A stretch of DNA of 64,000 nt, from positions 10,044,001 through 10,108,000 of the forward strand of contig OY740798.1 of NCBI GenBank assembly GCA_963514005.1, in the 5' to 3' direction. The position numbers and the translations under genes are program-made. This document shows, in pieces, positions 60,728 to 64,000 of this stretch. The stretch comes from Raja brachyura. Lineage: Eukaryota. The notes under the pieces are model-generated. The model was not told the origin of the DNA. It did not search any database and saw only the letters and a list, made by a program, of their open reading frames with translations. Positions within the stretch are counted from its first letter, which is position 1. Each line of letters starts with the position of its first letter.

Positions 60728-62582
60728 TGTTGTGAGGTAAATGAAACTTTCACTACTCGTAATTTACTTAACTTTATTTAAGCTTTAAGCAACTTATTTC
60801 TTAATACATTACTCAGAAATGTCTGAGTCTAAAGAGTAAGCTTGATTGTAAGCTGACTACAAATCTAAGGTTTTGTGTTCTAATAGTCTCTCTCGTATTA
60901 AAGGCGATGCCAAACCATTGATAAAAGAGTCTCACATAACTTCCTGTCGATATTGATCAGCCGTAACTGCTTTGAAGGCAGTCTTTACTAAGTCTTTGAA
61001 GTTCTTGTAAAAATTCATCAAGTGACTCACCAGGTTTTTGTTTCCGAGTAGCAAGGAGGTGTCGAGCTTTTTGTGCCTCTGTTCATTCCTCTGCACTCAC
61101 TGATCCTCACAATGAACTGTGTCATCCTGGAGTCACTCATTTGCTACACTATGTTCGTTCCAAAAACTTACCCTTCTCTACAGAAGATGTGAAGATGACG
61201 TGTGCTTCCTGTAGAATCTGTGCTGAATTAAAACCAAGGTTCTTCTGTCCTGAAGAAGGTAAATTGATCAAAGCTACTCAACCTATGGAACGTTTGAGTA
61301 TTGACTTCAAAGGGCCTTTACCATCCTCCTCTCGAAATGTTTACATACTTACCATAGTTGATGAATATTCAAGGTTCCCATTTGCTTTTCCTTGTCCAAA
61401 TATGTCAGCTGCTATAGTTATCAAATGTTTAGATCAACTGTTTTCATTCTGTGGATTTCCAAGTTACATACATTCTGATAGGGGCGCCTCATTCATGTCG
61501 AAAGATTTAAAGGACTACCTTTCTAAGAGAGGAATTGCAACAAGTAAAACACCGTATCATCCTATTGGAAATGGTCAGGTTGAGAGGTATAATGGAATCA
61601 TTTGGAAAGCAGTGAAACTGGATTTAAAGTCAAATGACATACCAGATCAGCACTGGGAAAGTGTTCTACCAGATGCATTACACTCCATCAGATCTCTACT
61701 ATCAACTGCTACCAATGCTACTCCACATGAGCGGTTCTTTAACTTCAAACGGTGTTCTTCTAGTGGTACTTCTCTGCCATCATGGTTGACTAGCCCTGGG
61801 ACCGTGTTGCTTCGTCGTTATTTCCGATTAAATAAGAACAAGCCTTTTGTTGATGAAGTTGAACTGACTGATGTCAACCCTTCTTATGCCACTATCAAGT
61901 ATCAGGATGGACGTCAGTCAACTGTCTCACTTCGTGACCTTGCACCATGTCCGTCTTCTCCGTCACTTCTTGATAACACTAATCGAGAACTTCCTCCAAC
62001 ACTTCCAGCATCCCCTATGGAAACTTCTATAAGAAATCCTAAAATTGTAAATCTAAATGACAATGAGTGAAGTTGATGACCAAGCAATATATCTACCACC
62101 AGCTATTGAAACGCTATTACCTCCTGAAGCTCCAGTTCTGCGACTGTCATCAAGATGTATTAAACCTCCTGACTGTCTCAACTTACAAATAGGAGGGGAG
62201 AATGAAGTGGGCGCATGTGCGGGGCTCTTCTAGAGTGTGCGCATGTGCAGGACATTCCCGGAGTGCGCGCATGTGTAAAGTATTTCGGGCAGGAAAGGCC
62301 TGCAGAATCAGCCATGTTTGCCAGACGTTTGAGTAATGTATTAAAGAAATAAGTTGCTTAAATTGTTGTGAGGTAAATGAAACTTTCACAACTCGTAATT
62401 TACTTAACTTTATTTAAGCTTTAAGCAACTTATTTCTTTAATACATTACTCAGAAACGTCTGGCAAACATGGCTGATTCCGCAGGCCTTTCCCCGCCCGA
62501 AATACTTTACACATGCGCACACTCCGGGAATGTCCTGCGCATGCGCACACTCTAGAAGAGCCCCGCACATGCGCCCACTTCA
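60728..62582. mobile_element. Rearranged Ty3/Gypsy LTR retrotransposon
   Basis: TCCCC TSD (60723-27, 62583-87); LTR pieces at 60728-60825(-), 62203-62363(+) and 62364-62582(-); gag remnant 60826-61068(-); integrase (+); PPT at 62191-62202. Confidence 0.88.
61069..62070 (+). pseudogene. Gypsy integrase domain (pol C-terminal fragment)
   Basis: HHCC zinc motif (HNELCH...CRIC) and catalytic SIDFKGP / IHSDRG / GQVERYN; RT and RNase H are absent. Confidence 0.9.
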
Positions 62583-63364
62583 TCCCCATGAGTTACTCCA
62601 GCATTTTGTGTCTATCTTCCGTTTCAGCAGCATCTGCAGTTCCTTCTACACATGGTAGTAGAGATACCAATAGTGAAGCCAGAGGAAGGAATGTAACAAA
62701 ACCAGGCGAGGGGAGAAATGGCTAAAAATCCAGGTGGAGCAAAGTGACAGGGAAGGAGAAGGGGGGGGGGGGGGGATCGGAAAGGTTGGTGCTGTTCTTA
62801 GTACTCTTCCCTTCACCGTGCCCCACCTGGATTTGCACCCATTTCCTCCCTTTCTCTTATATTCCCTCCTCTGACATCACTATTGGTACCTCTTCCATGT
62901 GTAGGAAGGAACTGCAGATACCAGTTTAAATTGAATAGATACACATCTCTTCCATCGTTATCTCACACTTTTTATATCTTCAGCTCTAGCCTTTGACCAA
63001 CCATGTACCTATCAAAACCCCCACTCGCCTGTATCCACCCATCACTCATCCCCCCCCCCCCACCCGGAAGGGTCCCAACCCAAAATCTCACCCATCCATG
63101 CTCTCTGCTGAGTTGCTCCAGCATTTCGTGTCTGTTATGTCATCATATGTCACCCCGTAGATAAAAGCTACAAAGAGAGCTAAGGTTTGTAATCCAAAAC
63201 AGCCTCTGCCCACCCCTGCCACAAATACTGCCCAACTCTGAGTTCCTCCAGCACTTGTGTTTTGCTCAAGATTTCCAGCATCTGCATTTTCTCGTCTCTC
63301 CAAATCAAGTTTACTGTATTCCTTTCTGCTGCAGAACTTGGGTTTAGTATTAAATACATCAAGA

Positions 63365-63515
63365 TATTGGAACAGCAGCTTCAGTGTTTCCTTTGACAAA
63401 TCCTCACAATAAAAGATGGAGACTATCACCCAAATGCCAGCATCTTTGCCTGAACCAACATCACCAGTATTGAGATCCCACTTCGTCAACACCCGTTGCA
63501 TTGCTTAGGTGGCCC
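63365..63515 (+). mobile_element. Possible degenerate RTE-clade LINE fragment
   Basis: Stop-interrupted frame LEQQLQCFL*QILTI...NASIFA*TNITSIE resembles the RTE RT C-terminal region. Confidence 0.35.
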
Positions 63516-64000
63516 AAACATCTTCCTAGAGGAGATCTCTAGTCCCAGTAAAGGATTACAGATATGTAGGATTTACAAAGAATGCCTCATGTACTGTATA
63601 TAGAACTGTACAGAATAATCCCATTGAGAGTTTTGCTTTGACAATAAATATATTTTACAGTTTGGGGACCATTGGAGTGTTTTCAGTCTTCCTGGAGTGT
63701 CATGCAATGACATGACTTGTAGGGGAGTACAGGACTCATAACACACATTATTGACTAGTTTTACACGAACTACGAAATCCAATGCAAAACTGAACTGTTT
63801 TTGTGTTTAGCGACCAAATCAATACCAATCTGCACTGCTACATTACAGCAAGTATTAGGAAGTCCAAAGCCAGTCCCTACAATAACTCCAACTTCATCAC
63901 AGCGCAAACCAGAACATTTGCAGACGTCTTGCATATTTAAGCAAACCTCTGATTTTGGATTCTATTATTATTATTATTGAGCAACTCGCCTTTTCCCCTA

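Noticed and set aside
61141-62070. Integrase ORF as a domesticated host gene
   Set aside because: It starts at a rearrangement junction without ATG or acceptor, has a frameshifted C-terminus, and lies within LTRs with an intact TSD
63088-63782. - strand ORFs as the 3' end of DEPDC7, the next gene by human synteny
   Set aside because: No convincing match to the DEPDC7 C-terminus as recalled; the region overlaps a PLE end and an RTE-like remnant

Overview
Vertebrate genomic DNA, most likely from a cartilaginous fish (skate/ray), inferred from the HE1/V-SINE, CR1 and Penelope repeat content. It carries two convergent, tail-to-tail genes in the same arrangement as human 11p13. CSTF3 (CstF-77) lies on the + strand: coding exons 4-21 span 15139..37596, exons 1-3 lie upstream, and the first 15 kb of the window is intron 3. 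TCP11L1 lies on the - strand: 9 coding exons span 53607..41146 (514 aa), with a non-coding first exon and CpG-island promoter near 60.2-60.4 kb. The introns are packed with CR1/L2/Rex1/RTE LINE fragments, V-SINEs, Penelope-like element (PLE) ends, a Harbinger MITE, a solo LTR and a rearranged Gypsy element. The most notable oddities are: many PLE-derived mini-elements carrying a hammerhead-ribozyme-like core, some with their own target-site duplications (TSDs); a PLE inserted between the apparent branch point and the 3' AG of a TCP11L1 coding exon; a Gypsy insertion with an inverted internal segment and LTR palindrome; a tandem array of four splice donors at TCP11L1 exon 1; a GC-AG intron; and an orphan CpG island plus a candidate poison exon in CSTF3 intron 3. 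All calls come from reading the sequence by eye; no database search was run.
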